32,000 nt of DNA from Mycobacterium leprae TN (GTDB taxonomy: Bacteria; Actinomycetota; Actinomycetes; Mycobacteriales; Mycobacteriaceae), in NCBI RefSeq assembly GCF_000195855.1, contig NC_002677.1, positions 2,370,001 to 2,402,000 on the forward strand, in the 5' to 3' direction. A program made the translations under genes and the position numbers. A model generated the notes under the pieces. The model was not told the DNA's origin. It saw nothing but the letters and a program-made list of their open reading frames with translations, and did not search any database. Position 1 is the first letter of the stretch, and each line of letters opens with the position of its first letter. Positions 1-10,048 of the stretch are shown piece by piece.

Positions 1-2090
1 TTGAAGCGGTGCACCAGCCAGAAATGGATCAAGGTCATCAGTCGCTTCTGGCGAAGCTTTTCGGCGAAGGTGTTCTGGTCGCGCACTTGAAGGATGCTGC
101 GGCCGCGGCGATCCTTGATCGGATCAACGATGACGTTGGCCAGCTGCTCGTCACCGTTGCCGTAGATCCCGAGTTCGAGCACATCCGAGCCGGCGCGGCG
201 TGGCCGCAGTTGCACGCGGAGTTTCTCGCCAAGCTGGTAGTGCTCACTCCACAATGCCAGCCATTCCTCTAGCAGCTTCTTCGGCACCTCGGTCTGCACA
301 AGATGCTGGTGCTGGGTCGAACCTTTGCCCATGGCCTTGGTTGTCGCCGTACGTCCGGAGGACGCAGCCAGCGCTGCATCGCTACGCGGGCCGCCGACCA
401 GGGTCTGCGGTGTGCGGTAGGGCGATTCGACCAGGCGCATCTTGCGTTGCAACCGAGCCAACGCCAGCATGCCGTCCTGCCGCAGCGCGGTGGCGAACTC
501 CTCGGCAGCGACGCCGTCGATCTGATGTCCGCCATAGGTAATGAAGTTGAAGACGAAGCCCATTTTCCCAAGCTCTTCGGGAAAGCGCTTCATCTCCTCA
601 TCACTCATACCGGTGGTATCCCAGTTGAACGACGGCGAGAGATTGTAAGCCAGCATTTGCTCTGGGAACTCGGCGTGGATCGCCTCGGCGAACTGCCGGG
701 CGTCGGCCAAATCAGCGGTCTTGGTCTCCATCCAAAGGATGTCGGCGAACGGCGCTGCCGCTAACGACTTGGCTATCGCATACTGAATACCGCCGCGGAT
801 TTGGTAGTAGCCTTCTGGAGTCTTCGCCAGCTCGCAATCCCAACCGGGGTCGACACCCAATTCCTTGGCCTTTTCGCGTGCAGCGTACAGAGACGCCCGC
901 CCAACAAATCGCCGCCACTCCTCGGGGCTCATGCCGATCAGCTCGCCTTCGCTCTCGCCGAATTGGAGCATTTCTTCCACGGCTTCGCCGTAGGTCATCA
1001 GCCCGGCGTCCTTCTCCCAAGCGGCCAATAACCGATATTCAACTTGTTCGAAGAGATCGTCGATCGATTGCTTTCCGTTTTCCTGCCAAGCATTGACGGT
1101 ACCGGAGACCTGGGCCAGAATCCCTTGGCGATCAAGCCACGCGCTCGCAGCAGCATATTCGCCATCGCCTAACGCGTAGAGGAGATGGCCATGGAGTTCC
1201 TTAACTCCCAGCTCGTAGAAACACCGCACCAACGCCAGGAAACAAGCCTTGTAAGAAGGAATCTTCAGATTGGTGGCGCCCAGCAAGAACGGCTGGTCTC
1301 GCTCATCGGCGCGACTGTCGATCAAGTTGGCCGCCTCGGCATCTGTACGCGCGACGATGATGCCGGGCACCCGCATAATGTCGAGCTGGAAGCGGGCGGC
1401 GTTGAGGCGCTTGATTTGTTCGTCCGAAGGCACTAGAACCTTCCCGCCCTGATGGCCACACTTCTTGGTACCCGGGCGCTGGTCCTCGATGTGGTATCCT
1501 GGAACGCCGATCTCAACAAATCGGCGGATCAGGTTGCGTACGTGCGAGTCACCGCCATGTCCCGTGTCGGCGTCGGCGATGATGAATGGGCGGTAGTCAT
1601 ACGCCGGAGTGGCGGCACGCTGCTGTTCAGTCATGTGTAACCGCAGGTACTGCTGATTGCGGTCAGCAGCCAGCAGGGCGCGCACCAGTACCGCGGCATC
1701 ATCTGGCACCTGGCTCAGGGGGTAGCTGGCGAGATCAGGACCGGGATCTTCGGTGATGGAACCCTTAGCTGAGGTTGCCCAGCCGCCTAGATAGATCGCC
1801 TCGATGCCCATCCGCTTAAGGCTGACTGCTTGCCCTGGCGAATAGGGGCCGAACGTCGTAACGCTCTTGCCGGCCGCGAATAGCTCGCGCAAGCGAGCGT
1901 AGAAAGCTGTCGCGGCGTCTCGTGCCACGGTGTAATCGGTGGGGATGGTGCCGCGTTGTTCTACGACCTGGCGGGCTGTATAAAGGCGAATAATCCCGGC
2001 AAACCGTGGGTCGTCAAAGTATTGCTGCGTTGCGGCGACTTCCTGCGTAAACAGTGTGTGGACCTCGGTGTTCGTGTCCATGATGGCCAT
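1..2090 (-). CDS. aceA: Isocitrate lyase, long (AceA2/AceAb-like) form; 3' end beyond the window
   Basis: Continuous minus-strand reading from ATG 2090 (alternative ATG 2081): [37 protein letters not shown]...; contains [32 protein letters not shown] (KKCGH catalytic motif), [32 protein letters not shown] and [21 protein letters not shown]. No stop seen down to base 1. The ORF track omits it, presumably because it has no stop inside the window. Confidence 0.93.
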
Positions 2091-2689
2091 GGGATTGCGC
2101 TCCTCCTTAGCCCGGTCCCCTAACGGAGAGTAGTGTAGTCTATCGTCCAGGTTAGTTGAGTTACATCGCTGGACGACCGTGGCCGGTATGCCTGCCAATC
2201 GACATCGGGGGCATTCCCGCGGACTACTCCATCACGTTGGTTGCCAGAGTGATAGGAAGGCGGGTTGCTAGACAACGACACCCGGACTGTTGATGCACCA
2301 ACGGTTCCCAATTTCCAGTGCTTAAAGTTTATAGACTCGACAAGCGCTAAGACGCACTGTCTGAGAACTGGTATTTTGAACGGCAACAACGGATTTCCAG
2401 TGGGTGTCAGTGCGCATGCGGCCAGCTGCACCCTGCTTTTCTCGCCAGGCAATGTTGCTGGCCGGTAGTCGGTGCGGTGCGCCATATCCACCTTCGAGGT
2501 TGGTCGGCTGCAACACTGGTCTGGAAGTCTCCTCTAGCACGGGTTTCGGCAACCATAAACACATGGGCTTCCTCTGTCCAGGCCGAACCAGAACATCATG
2601 TGGATGGCGCCTGCCATCGGCCGTGACATGAATGAAAAAATTTCCAAGGCGCAGGGCGCGCGCTACGCTGACTCGGAGTAGACTTCGTA

Positions 2690-3234
2690 GTTGATCGCCG
2701 GCAGTAGATTATCGCGAACGCGTGCCACCCAGGAACGACCACCCGGCAGTGAATGGCGCCGACGGGGCACCCACAGACCGCGACCGGCTTCGGTATAGGT
2801 ACAGACCCAGCACCTGCGTGAGAACCAGCGCTTCGCGACACTCCCACCCCAGCCCATCAAGCAGAATGCGGATTTCCGCAGTGTTCTCGACCTGACCCCC
2901 GTGACAGCCCAGCCCAAGCGGGTCGTCGAGATCGGCCACGTGCGCGGTTCGTGATCTGCTTGCGTTGTAGCAGATCTGATCAACGACTGCGCGGCGGGCA
3001 ATCGACAACAGCTGTCCGAGCCGTCGACCGTCCTGCGAAACAGGAGCAGGAAACAGAATGCCTACAGAAACGTTTCCTGGGTTAGGTCATCGGCGCTGTC
3101 GTAATCGGTAAAAATTGGTCACCATACGCCACACATCGCGCTGTGTGGCAGGGATCAGCTATGACAATGTGGCCCGATAGCCCTGTCCGGCAGGGTTTGG
3201 CGAACCGAGTAATATTGTCGTCATCTATCGACAT
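2690..3234 (-). pseudogene. SigC-like ECF sigma-70 factor remnant
   Basis: Minus-strand pieces in several frames: MSIDDDNITRFA, LIPATQRDVWRMV, DSADDLTQETFL*AF (region 2), LLSIARRAVVDQI, ENTAEIRILLDGLGWECREALVLTQVLGLYLY and EAAAVCGCPVGAIHCRV (region 4). In-frame stop in ETFL*AF plus frameshifts. Confidence 0.8.
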
Positions 3235-3426
3235 GCATAGCGCGTAAGCCACGCGTCCCGGAAACTTGTGGATAGGTCGTGACGACCTTATTTCTGGGTA
3301 GAGTCTTCCAGGAAAATAGTGTGCAGGAGGTGAAAAGCTATGATGTCGGTGACGACCACCGCAATTGGGGGAGAACCCTTTGCCTGTGCAGCGGATACAG
3401 CTGAACATCACCGGGATGTCCTGTAG

Positions 3427-5727
3427 TTGCGTGCGCCAAACGGGTGGAATAACTTGCCCAACAAGCTGTCGGACTTTTCGACGTTAGTTAATTCCGCCAC
3501 CCGAGTGGCGGCGATTAACCTCAGCGAGGTCACCCAGACCGCTGAGGTATGTGAGGCGGTCCGTCGAGCAGCACTGTGCACAGATGGCGGTGAGGCCTTG
3601 CAACGCAGGCAAGCCGACGCCGATAACGCACGATATCTACTGATTCGGTTAGCGGTCGCTGCCGCACTCTTCGTGCCCCTAGCCCACCTGTCGGTGATGT
3701 TCGCTGTGCTGCCCAGCACCCACTTCCCCGGCTGGGAATGGATGCTGACCGCGCTGGCCATTCCGGTCGTGACTTGGGCGGCGTGGCCATTTCATCGAGT
3801 AGCGATACACAACGCACGCTATCACGGTGCTTCCATGGAGACACTCATCTCGACCGGGATCACCGCCGCCACGATATGGTCGCTCTACACCGTGTTCGGC
3901 CATCACCAGTCCACAGAGCACCGCGGCGTTTGGCGGGCACTGCTGGGCAGCGACGCCATCTACTTCGAAGTCGCCGCAGGCATCACGGTATTCGTGCTGG
4001 CAGGTAAGTATTATACGGCTCGTGCCAAGTCACACGCGAGCATTGCGCTGCTGGCCCTGGCAGCGCTGAGCGCCAAGGACGCCGCTGTTCTGCAGCCTGA
4101 CGGTTCAGAAATGGTCATTCCGGCCAACGAACTCAATGAGCAGCAGCGTTTCGTGGTGCGCCCCGGGCAAACGATCGCCGCAGACGGGCTAGTCATCGAC
4201 GGGTCGGCCACCGTCAGCATGAGCCCGATCACCGGAGAAGCCAAGCCAGTCCGGGTGAACCCAGGCGCACAAGTCATCGGTGGCACCGTGGTGCTTAATG
4301 GGAGGCTGATTGTGGAGGCCGCCGCAGTAGGTGACGAGACACAGCTCGCCGGCATGGTCCGTCTGGTCGAGCAGGCACAACAACAGAATGCCAACGCCCA
4401 GCGGCTGGCTGACCGCATCGCTTCAGTTTTTGTACCCTGCGTGTTCGCTGTCGCGGCCTTGACCGCTGTTGGATGGCTGATCGCCGGGAGCGGACCCGAC
4501 CGAGTGTTCTCGGCCGCAATTGCCGTTCTCGTCATCGCTTGCCCGTGCGCACTGGGACTGGCGACCCCTACCGCCATGATGGTGGCCTCCGGCCGCGGCG
4601 CCCAACTGGGAATATTACTCAAGGGCCATGAGTCGTTCGAGGCCACCCGCGCTGTGGACACTGTCGTGTTCGACAAGACCGGTACGCTGACAACGGGCCA
4701 ATTGAAGGTCAGCGCTGTGACAGCTGCACCGGGCTGGCAGGCTAACGAAGTCCTCCAAATGGCGGCGACAGTTGAATCGGCGTCCGAGCACGCCGTCGCG
4801 CTCGCGATCGCCGCGTCAACGACTCATCGAGAACCAGTCGCCAACTTCCGTGCAGTACCCGGCCACGGAGTCAGCGGCACCGTGGCCGAGCGGGCAGTGC
4901 GGGTTGGCAAACCATCATGGATCGCTTCGCGGTGCAACTCGACCACGCTAGTCACGGCCCGACGTAACGCCGAATTGCGCGGCGAAACAGCGGTTTTTGT
5001 CGAAATCGACGGTGAACAATGCGGTGTCATCGCGGTCGCCGACGCCGTGAAAGCTTCGGCGGCAGACGCTGTCGCCGCACTCCACGATCGTGGTTTTCGG
5101 ACCGCGTTGTTGACCGGCGACAATCCAGCATCAGCGGCCGCTGTGGCTTCCCGTATAGGTATCGACGAGGTGATCGCCGACATCCTACCCGAAGACAAGG
5201 TCGACGTTATTGAGCAGCTGCGCGACCGCGGGCACGTGGTTGCCATGGTCGGTGACGGCATCAACGACGGGCCTGCACTCGCACGCGCCGATCTCGGTAT
5301 GGCCATCGGCCGTGGGACCGACGTCGCGATTGGTGCCGCCGACATCATCTTGGTCCGCGACAATCTCGACGTCGTACCCATAACACTCGACCTGGCCGCT
5401 GCAACGATGCGCACTATCAAATTCAACATGGTATGGGCATTCGGCTACAACATAGCCGCCATACCAATTGCCGCCGCTGGATTGCTCAACCCACTAGTAG
5501 CCGGTGCGGCCATGGCGTTCTCATCGTTTTTTGTCGTCTCAAACAGCCTGCGATTGCGGAACTTCGGGGCCATACTGAGCTGCGGCACTAGTCGGCATCG
5601 GACAGTCAAACGATGGCGTTGTCCACCGCCCACTCGGCTCCGTTCAACTGCGTGTAGTCCTGTGGACGCTTCCCCATTGCGACCCGTCGCACACAGGACG
5701 GGGGTTAAACCGCCGACCCATCGGTAG
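3427..5727 (+). CDS. ctpA: P1B-type metal cation transporting ATPase, CtpA-like. The catalytic core is open, but the N-terminal HMA domain upstream (3349-3450) is frameshifted, so this may be a truncated protein or an early pseudogene
   Basis: 766-aa ORF with [14 protein letters not shown] (CPC metal site), [12 protein letters not shown] (phosphorylation site), [45 protein letters not shown] and [11 protein letters not shown]. Upstream SD gcaggaggt at about 3323-3331 and GTG ACG ACC ACC GCA (MTTAI...) at 3349. Confidence 0.88.
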   Translation: MRAPNGWNNLPNKLSDFSTLVNSATRVAAINLSEVTQTAEVCEAVRRAALCTDGGEALQRRQADADNARYLLIRLAVAAALFVPLAHLSVMFAVLPSTHFPGWEWMLTALAIPVVTWAAWPFHRVAIHNARYHGASMETLISTGITAATIWSLYTVFGHHQSTEHRGVWRALLGSDAIYFEVAAGITVFVLAGKYYTARAKSHASIALLALAALSAKDAAVLQPDGSEMVIPANELNEQQRFVVRPGQTIAADGLVIDGSATVSMSPITGEAKPVRVNPGAQVIGGTVVLNGRLIVEAAAVGDETQLAGMVRLVEQAQQQNANAQRLADRIASVFVPCVFAVAALTAVGWLIAGSGPDRVFSAAIAVLVIACPCALGLATPTAMMVASGRGAQLGILLKGHESFEATRAVDTVVFDKTGTLTTGQLKVSAVTAAPGWQANEVLQMAATVESASEHAVALAIAASTTHREPVANFRAVPGHGVSGTVAERAVRVGKPSWIASRCNSTTLVTARRNAELRGETAVFVEIDGEQCGVIAVADAVKASAADAVAALHDRGFRTALLTGDNPASAAAVASRIGIDEVIADILPEDKVDVIEQLRDRGHVVAMVGDGINDGPALARADLGMAIGRGTDVAIGAADIILVRDNLDVVPITLDLAAATMRTIKFNMVWAFGYNIAAIPIAAAGLLNPLVAGAAMAFSSFFVVSNSLRLRNFGAILSCGTSRHRTVKRWRCPPPTRLRSTACSPVDASPLRPVAHRTGVKPPTHR

Positions 5728-6478
5728 GCCATAGATGACCGCGTCGTCGCCCACGAGAGGCGTTCCGGGGCAACACAATATCGAGATCGACGTCGACTTC
5801 ATCATCGAATGTCGGCCGTGGAGTCGAACTGTGTCGCCACACTGCGATAGCAAGGACCGCACCGATCGCCACCGGCAGATGCATCAGAATTCGCAGCGTG
5901 ATGGTGGCACCGGCGACTACATCTACGACGACGTAGACTGTCAACAAACCGACGAACACCGTCAAAACGCCCGCAAGCCCGGCAGCGACACCCGGCCACA
6001 GAACCGCTGCCATCATGATCACACCGAGCGAAGCCGACCACGCCGTTGACTCGTGGAGCAGGTAACTCCCGAAACTCATCGCGCGATCGTGTGTCAGTCC
6101 GACGCTTACGCCGAGCCCCTGCACAGTTGCCAGGACGATTTGTGCGATGCCCACGCAAAGCAACGCCCAGCGCTGCCACGTCATTAATGGACGTCGCCGC
6201 CGCGGCGGCGCCACGATCCCGAGAGCATCAACAGGTGTGATAGCAGGCCGGGAGTCGACCAGCTGACGCAGGTCGCGTGCTTGGTCAGCTACCTGATCAA
6301 ACCACGCACGACACGCACTGCACTCACCAAGGTGCTCATCGACACGCACCGATGGCACGGCCTCTCTCTCGCCATCAAGTCGGGCCGACAATGCTTCTCG
6401 GGCCACCTCGCAATCCATACCCCTATCGTCGCGCATACGCCAACGGAATGTCCTGTCGGTGCTCATGTCGACGCGCAA
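5705..6478 (-). CDS. Zinc-finger (zf-HC2) anti-sigma-like membrane protein, Rv0093c-like; the true start is probably downstream of 6478 (e.g. [10 protein letters not shown]...)
   Basis: 257-aa ORF with [16 protein letters not shown] (HxxxCxxC) near the N-terminus, followed by several hydrophobic segments ([59 protein letters not shown]). Convergent with ctpA, 3' ends overlapping by 23 bp. Confidence 0.82.
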   Translation of the reverse strand: MRVDMSTDRTFRWRMRDDRGMDCEVAREALSARLDGEREAVPSVRVDEHLGECSACRAWFDQVADQARDLRQLVDSRPAITPVDALGIVAPPRRRRPLMTWQRWALLCVGIAQIVLATVQGLGVSVGLTHDRAMSFGSYLLHESTAWSASLGVIMMAAVLWPGVAAGLAGVLTVFVGLLTVYVVVDVVAGATITLRILMHLPVAIGAVLAIAVWRHSSTPRPTFDDEVDVDLDIVLPRNASRGRRRGHLWPTDGSAV

Positions 6479-7309
6479 GATGCTAATGAGACGGCAGGAG
6501 CGTTCCGCCGAATTTCATTCGGCCTAATCCCCGAATCGTCGGTTGAAGTGACTGCTCACCCCGGACTGATGCTCACCACCGCATCCACTGCGATTGCACC
6601 GACCATACCAGCGTAATCACATCCATAGGCCAAAACCACCATCGTGCCGGTAGCACCAGATCCAATTCCACCTGGGGTCGTGCTGTGCTAGTTAGGTCAT
6701 TATGTTGCGACAGTTGAATAGGCAACGTCGACAACTATATTTTTAGCTTTATTCCAATGGTCGACAAATTTACGTAATTTGTGGATTTCGTCGAGTAGAT
6801 CTCTGGCTGCGGATTGCTGTGCAGCAAATCGTCGGATGGGCTGTTGCTGGTGGTTTTCGCTGACCATACCAACGCGAGCCTAACCATTTGTTGAAGCAGC
6901 AGATTGCCGTCAGCTGCGCGGATAGCAGCTTCGTTTTGATGGCCAGCGTAGCGGAACAGAATCAGGATGCAGTCGCGAATCGCTACGACGGTCCGGTGCA
7001 AGTAAACGTCGGGAGCGATTGCTCGCCAGATTGCCATACTCCCAGATAAACGATCTCCGAACAAGCAGTCGCCAAATCGCGCCACAGCGGCAGCAATCTG
7101 CGGCGCTGGAGGGAGAATCTGTCGAGAAGCAGTTCCTCAAGTAGCCGTGTGTATGCGGAAACAACTATGGACTCTCCCACCCCTGTGGGGGGTAGAACAG
7201 CAAGCTCCATGCGTTGACGAATCCGACAGTGTCAACATTAAAATTAATAGTGTTGTGTCGTCCGGTTGCTACTACATTGGTAGCAATGGAAACCGCTGCG
7301 GCCTGTGCG

Positions 7310-7362
7310 AGAAATCCGACAGCGATAACTGTCATGCTGACAGTTATCGCTGTCGGATTTCT
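7310..7362. repeat. Perfect inverted repeat: 25-bp arms, 3-nt loop
   Basis: agaaatccgacagcgataactgtca (7310-7334) / tgc / tgacagttatcgctgtcggatttct (7338-7362). The arms are exact reverse complements. Confidence 0.95.
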
Positions 7363-8475
7363 GTATATTTCTCGAATGCATAGAATGAAAAGCATTACGG
7401 AAAACAAATATCAGAGGAGCGAGTTGTAGGAGATCGCCGCCTTCACAGTGGCTTCCGATGAACTGGAACATGAATTCTGGCCTAGCCTAGCTGGATGGCT
7501 GGATACGCCACATTACGATCACGCATCCCACTGCAAAATTAGATCGACGATTGTGCTCACAGTCACGGTAGAATAAGTTAACAAGCTCACCTTAGTTAGA
7601 TAACGAGACATCGGATCGCTTGAGCCAAATGTACGCCACGAGAAAAAGGATGTCGCGGTCGAACATTGCTGCGAGTTCGCCGCGTGCATATAGCAGCTTA
7701 GGTCTATAGCCGTGACAGCGACCAATTGATGATTGCCGTCTATACTGCTCGGTTTTGAAGAGCACAGCTTGCCACCACAAACTCAGCAAGCTATTGAGCC
7801 GTTTGTCCTTCACAATCAAATTCAGTAGCGCAAATCGCAGAATCAAAGAAATGAGCAAAAAATAAAAGAAATACGCTCAACAACAAAGCGGCAATCGCTG
7901 AATTCGTGCCACCTGTAATTGTGGCTCGGCATGCGATTTAACGTGTGAAGTAGTGTAGCACGGTCGATAGCAGATAGCAACCCCTAGGGTCGACGCTGCA
8001 TCACCAGAATCAAGACCAGTAGGGTGTTCAAGCAACGGGTGCCCGAGGCCGCGCAAAATGAGCAAAGTGATTTGTTGAACATGGCAATCCAAAGTGGAGT
8101 TAGTTGCGTCCGCGAGGCGACGGTCTCCAACGAGTTCTGCCGACTCCAGTTGCTAGACGCACAGGTGCAGCCGCACCCTGGCCGGTGTTTTCATCGATCT
8201 ACTTTAAGACTTTAGGCCGGGAATGCGCTGGCGCCTCAGGCTGCCCCCGCCCAGCTGCGGCGACTGAGCGTTATCAATATCAGCCGCAGCCATAGGTCGA
8301 TGGCGAGTGTCAGCGCGCCCCCGCAGACAATCGAGTGCTGGGCATCACATACGTTATTCCTAGGCAGGGGGAACTTTTTGCGCGCTTTCGCCGACCAACA
8401 CCGGGAAGTGACGGCAAAGCCATGCTTTGAGTGCATACAGTCGAGCGCTCTACACCCATGAAAGGAGGTGAAGCT

Positions 8476-9900
8476 CTGACAGGCCCGATGTGGATGGCCA
8501 TACCTCCGGAGGTGCACTCGGTTCTGTTAAGTGCTGGACAGGGGGCTGAATCATTGCTTGTTGCCGCTACTCAGTGGCAGGAGCTTAGCAAACAATACAC
8601 TTACGCAGCTGCCGAGCTGACTCGGCTGCTGACTCATGTTCAGGCCACCAGCTGGCGGGGAACCAGCGCCACACGGTTTGTGGCGGCGCATGGTGCCTAT
8701 CTGGTCTGGCTCGAACAAACTTCAATCAACAACGCAATCACCGCTAAACAGCATGAAATCGCGGCAATCGCTTACAGCAGCGCGCTAGCCGCCATGCCCA
8801 CGTTGGCAGAACTTACCGCTAACCGCGCAACTCGTGGTTTCTTGATTGCCACCAACTTCTTCGGCATCAATACCATTCCCATTGCCCTCAACGAAGCCGA
8901 CTACGTTCGGATGTGGGTGCAAGCCGCCGACACTATGGCGACCTACCAGGCCATCAGCGAGGCGGTGACGGCAACAATACTACCTACCCAAGTAGCGCCA
9001 CCTATCCTTGCGCCGGGCAGCGCAACCCAAAACGTCCTGCAGTCCGTACCGGATTGGATTGTTCAACTACTGACGGACATCTTGGATTTTATCGCAGATC
9101 CATACAAATATTTTCTAAGATTTTTCCAACGATTGGGATTCAGACCCGCTATTGCTGTTGTCCTTGCCATTATTGCTTTGCAATTGTACGACTTTCTTTG
9201 GTATCCCTATTATGCCTCGTACGGAATGCTCTTGCTTCCCTTTTTCGCGCCGGCATTGAGCGTCCTGGGTACACTGTCCGTGTTGTGGAACGGACAGCTT
9301 TCAGCCGGACTGCCTCCCAATCCCGCAGGATCTCACCCAGACAATAACGCTGGCCCACGCATCCACGTTGGAGTCGCGCCACCTGCCTCGGCTACTTCCA
9401 GTGGAAACTCATACACGAGCAACTCCGCACCCAGCACATCCGCATCGGCTACGACTGACAACCCCCTATCTTCACCCAGCATCAGATACGCCATACCCGG
9501 CTTGTCGCCACCAGAGGTCAGCTCTGGCCCCAAAGCCGGCACAAAGTCACCTGACACTGCCACCAACACGATCGGGATCACTGCCGCGGCAAGAACAAAC
9601 TCGCCTTCCGCCCGGGCGCACCGTAAACGAGGAAACAAGACCAGAGGTGGCGCACGCGGTTACCGTTACGAATTCGTTGAAGGAACCGCCACCATGGCCG
9701 ATACTGTCGACGCCCCCGACCACTCCGAACCCACGTCGCACACAATAAGTAACCACAGCGCCGGCCCCATCGGCTTTGCCGGCACCGTGCCGACAACCGC
9801 CAGCACTCCCACCGGAATGGCTGCCAGTACAAGCAGTAGCGTCCCACTGCTCCCCACTACCTGGATAACTGGCACCAGCGAAACGGCAGTACACGAATAG
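8476..9900 (+). CDS. PPE1: PPE family protein, PPE1 (Rv0096)-like; start uncertain (track ORF from 8431, CTG 8476, ATG 8488 or ATG 8494)
   Basis: MAIPPEVHSVLLSAGQGAESLLVAATQWQELS... (PPE motif), ATSWRGTSATRFVAAHGAYLVWLEQT (W-x-G region), NEADYVRMWVQAADTMATYQA, KYFLRFFQRLGF. SD aaaggaggt at 8461-8469 upstream. Confidence 0.9.
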   Translation: MTGPMWMAIPPEVHSVLLSAGQGAESLLVAATQWQELSKQYTYAAAELTRLLTHVQATSWRGTSATRFVAAHGAYLVWLEQTSINNAITAKQHEIAAIAYSSALAAMPTLAELTANRATRGFLIATNFFGINTIPIALNEADYVRMWVQAADTMATYQAISEAVTATILPTQVAPPILAPGSATQNVLQSVPDWIVQLLTDILDFIADPYKYFLRFFQRLGFRPAIAVVLAIIALQLYDFLWYPYYASYGMLLLPFFAPALSVLGTLSVLWNGQLSAGLPPNPAGSHPDNNAGPRIHVGVAPPASATSSGNSYTSNSAPSTSASATTDNPLSSPSIRYAIPGLSPPEVSSGPKAGTKSPDTATNTIGITAAARTNSPSARAHRKRGNKTRGGARGYRYEFVEGTATMADTVDAPDHSEPTSHTISNHSAGPIGFAGTVPTTASTPTGMAASTSSSVPLLPTTWITGTSETAVHE

Positions 9901-9982
9901 AGAAACTTTCACTAGCTTGTCCGACTGCTTACTCTTCGCATGAGCAAAATGCAACCGATTTTTCATCAAGGAGGTATGGATC

Positions 9983-10033
9983 GTGACGGCGAGAGATGCT
10001 CAAAGATGTGGACCAAAAACAGTAAGTAAATGA
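9983..10033 (+). other. Candidate 16-codon ORF with strong ribosome-binding site between PPE and the oxygenase gene
   Basis: AAGGAGGT at 9968-9975, 7-nt spacer, GTG at 9983: MTARDAQRCGPKTVSK*, stop TGA 10031-10033 abutting the SD (aggag) of the next gene. Confidence 0.35.
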
Positions 10034-10048
10034 GGAGAAAAAGAATCA

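Noticed and set aside
303-764. 153-aa plus-strand ORF overlapping aceA
   Set aside because: It is antisense to the continuous, motif-rich isocitrate lyase frame; a shadow ORF.
4011-5429. Long minus-strand ORFs (221 aa and 201 aa)
   Set aside because: They are antisense to the ctpA core; compositionally Ser/Pro/Arg-rich shadows of conserved P-type ATPase motifs.
7310-7362. Hairpin as a simple intrinsic terminator
   Set aside because: The stem is far longer than typical and there is no U-tract immediately after either arm. It is kept as an unexplained inverted repeat instead.
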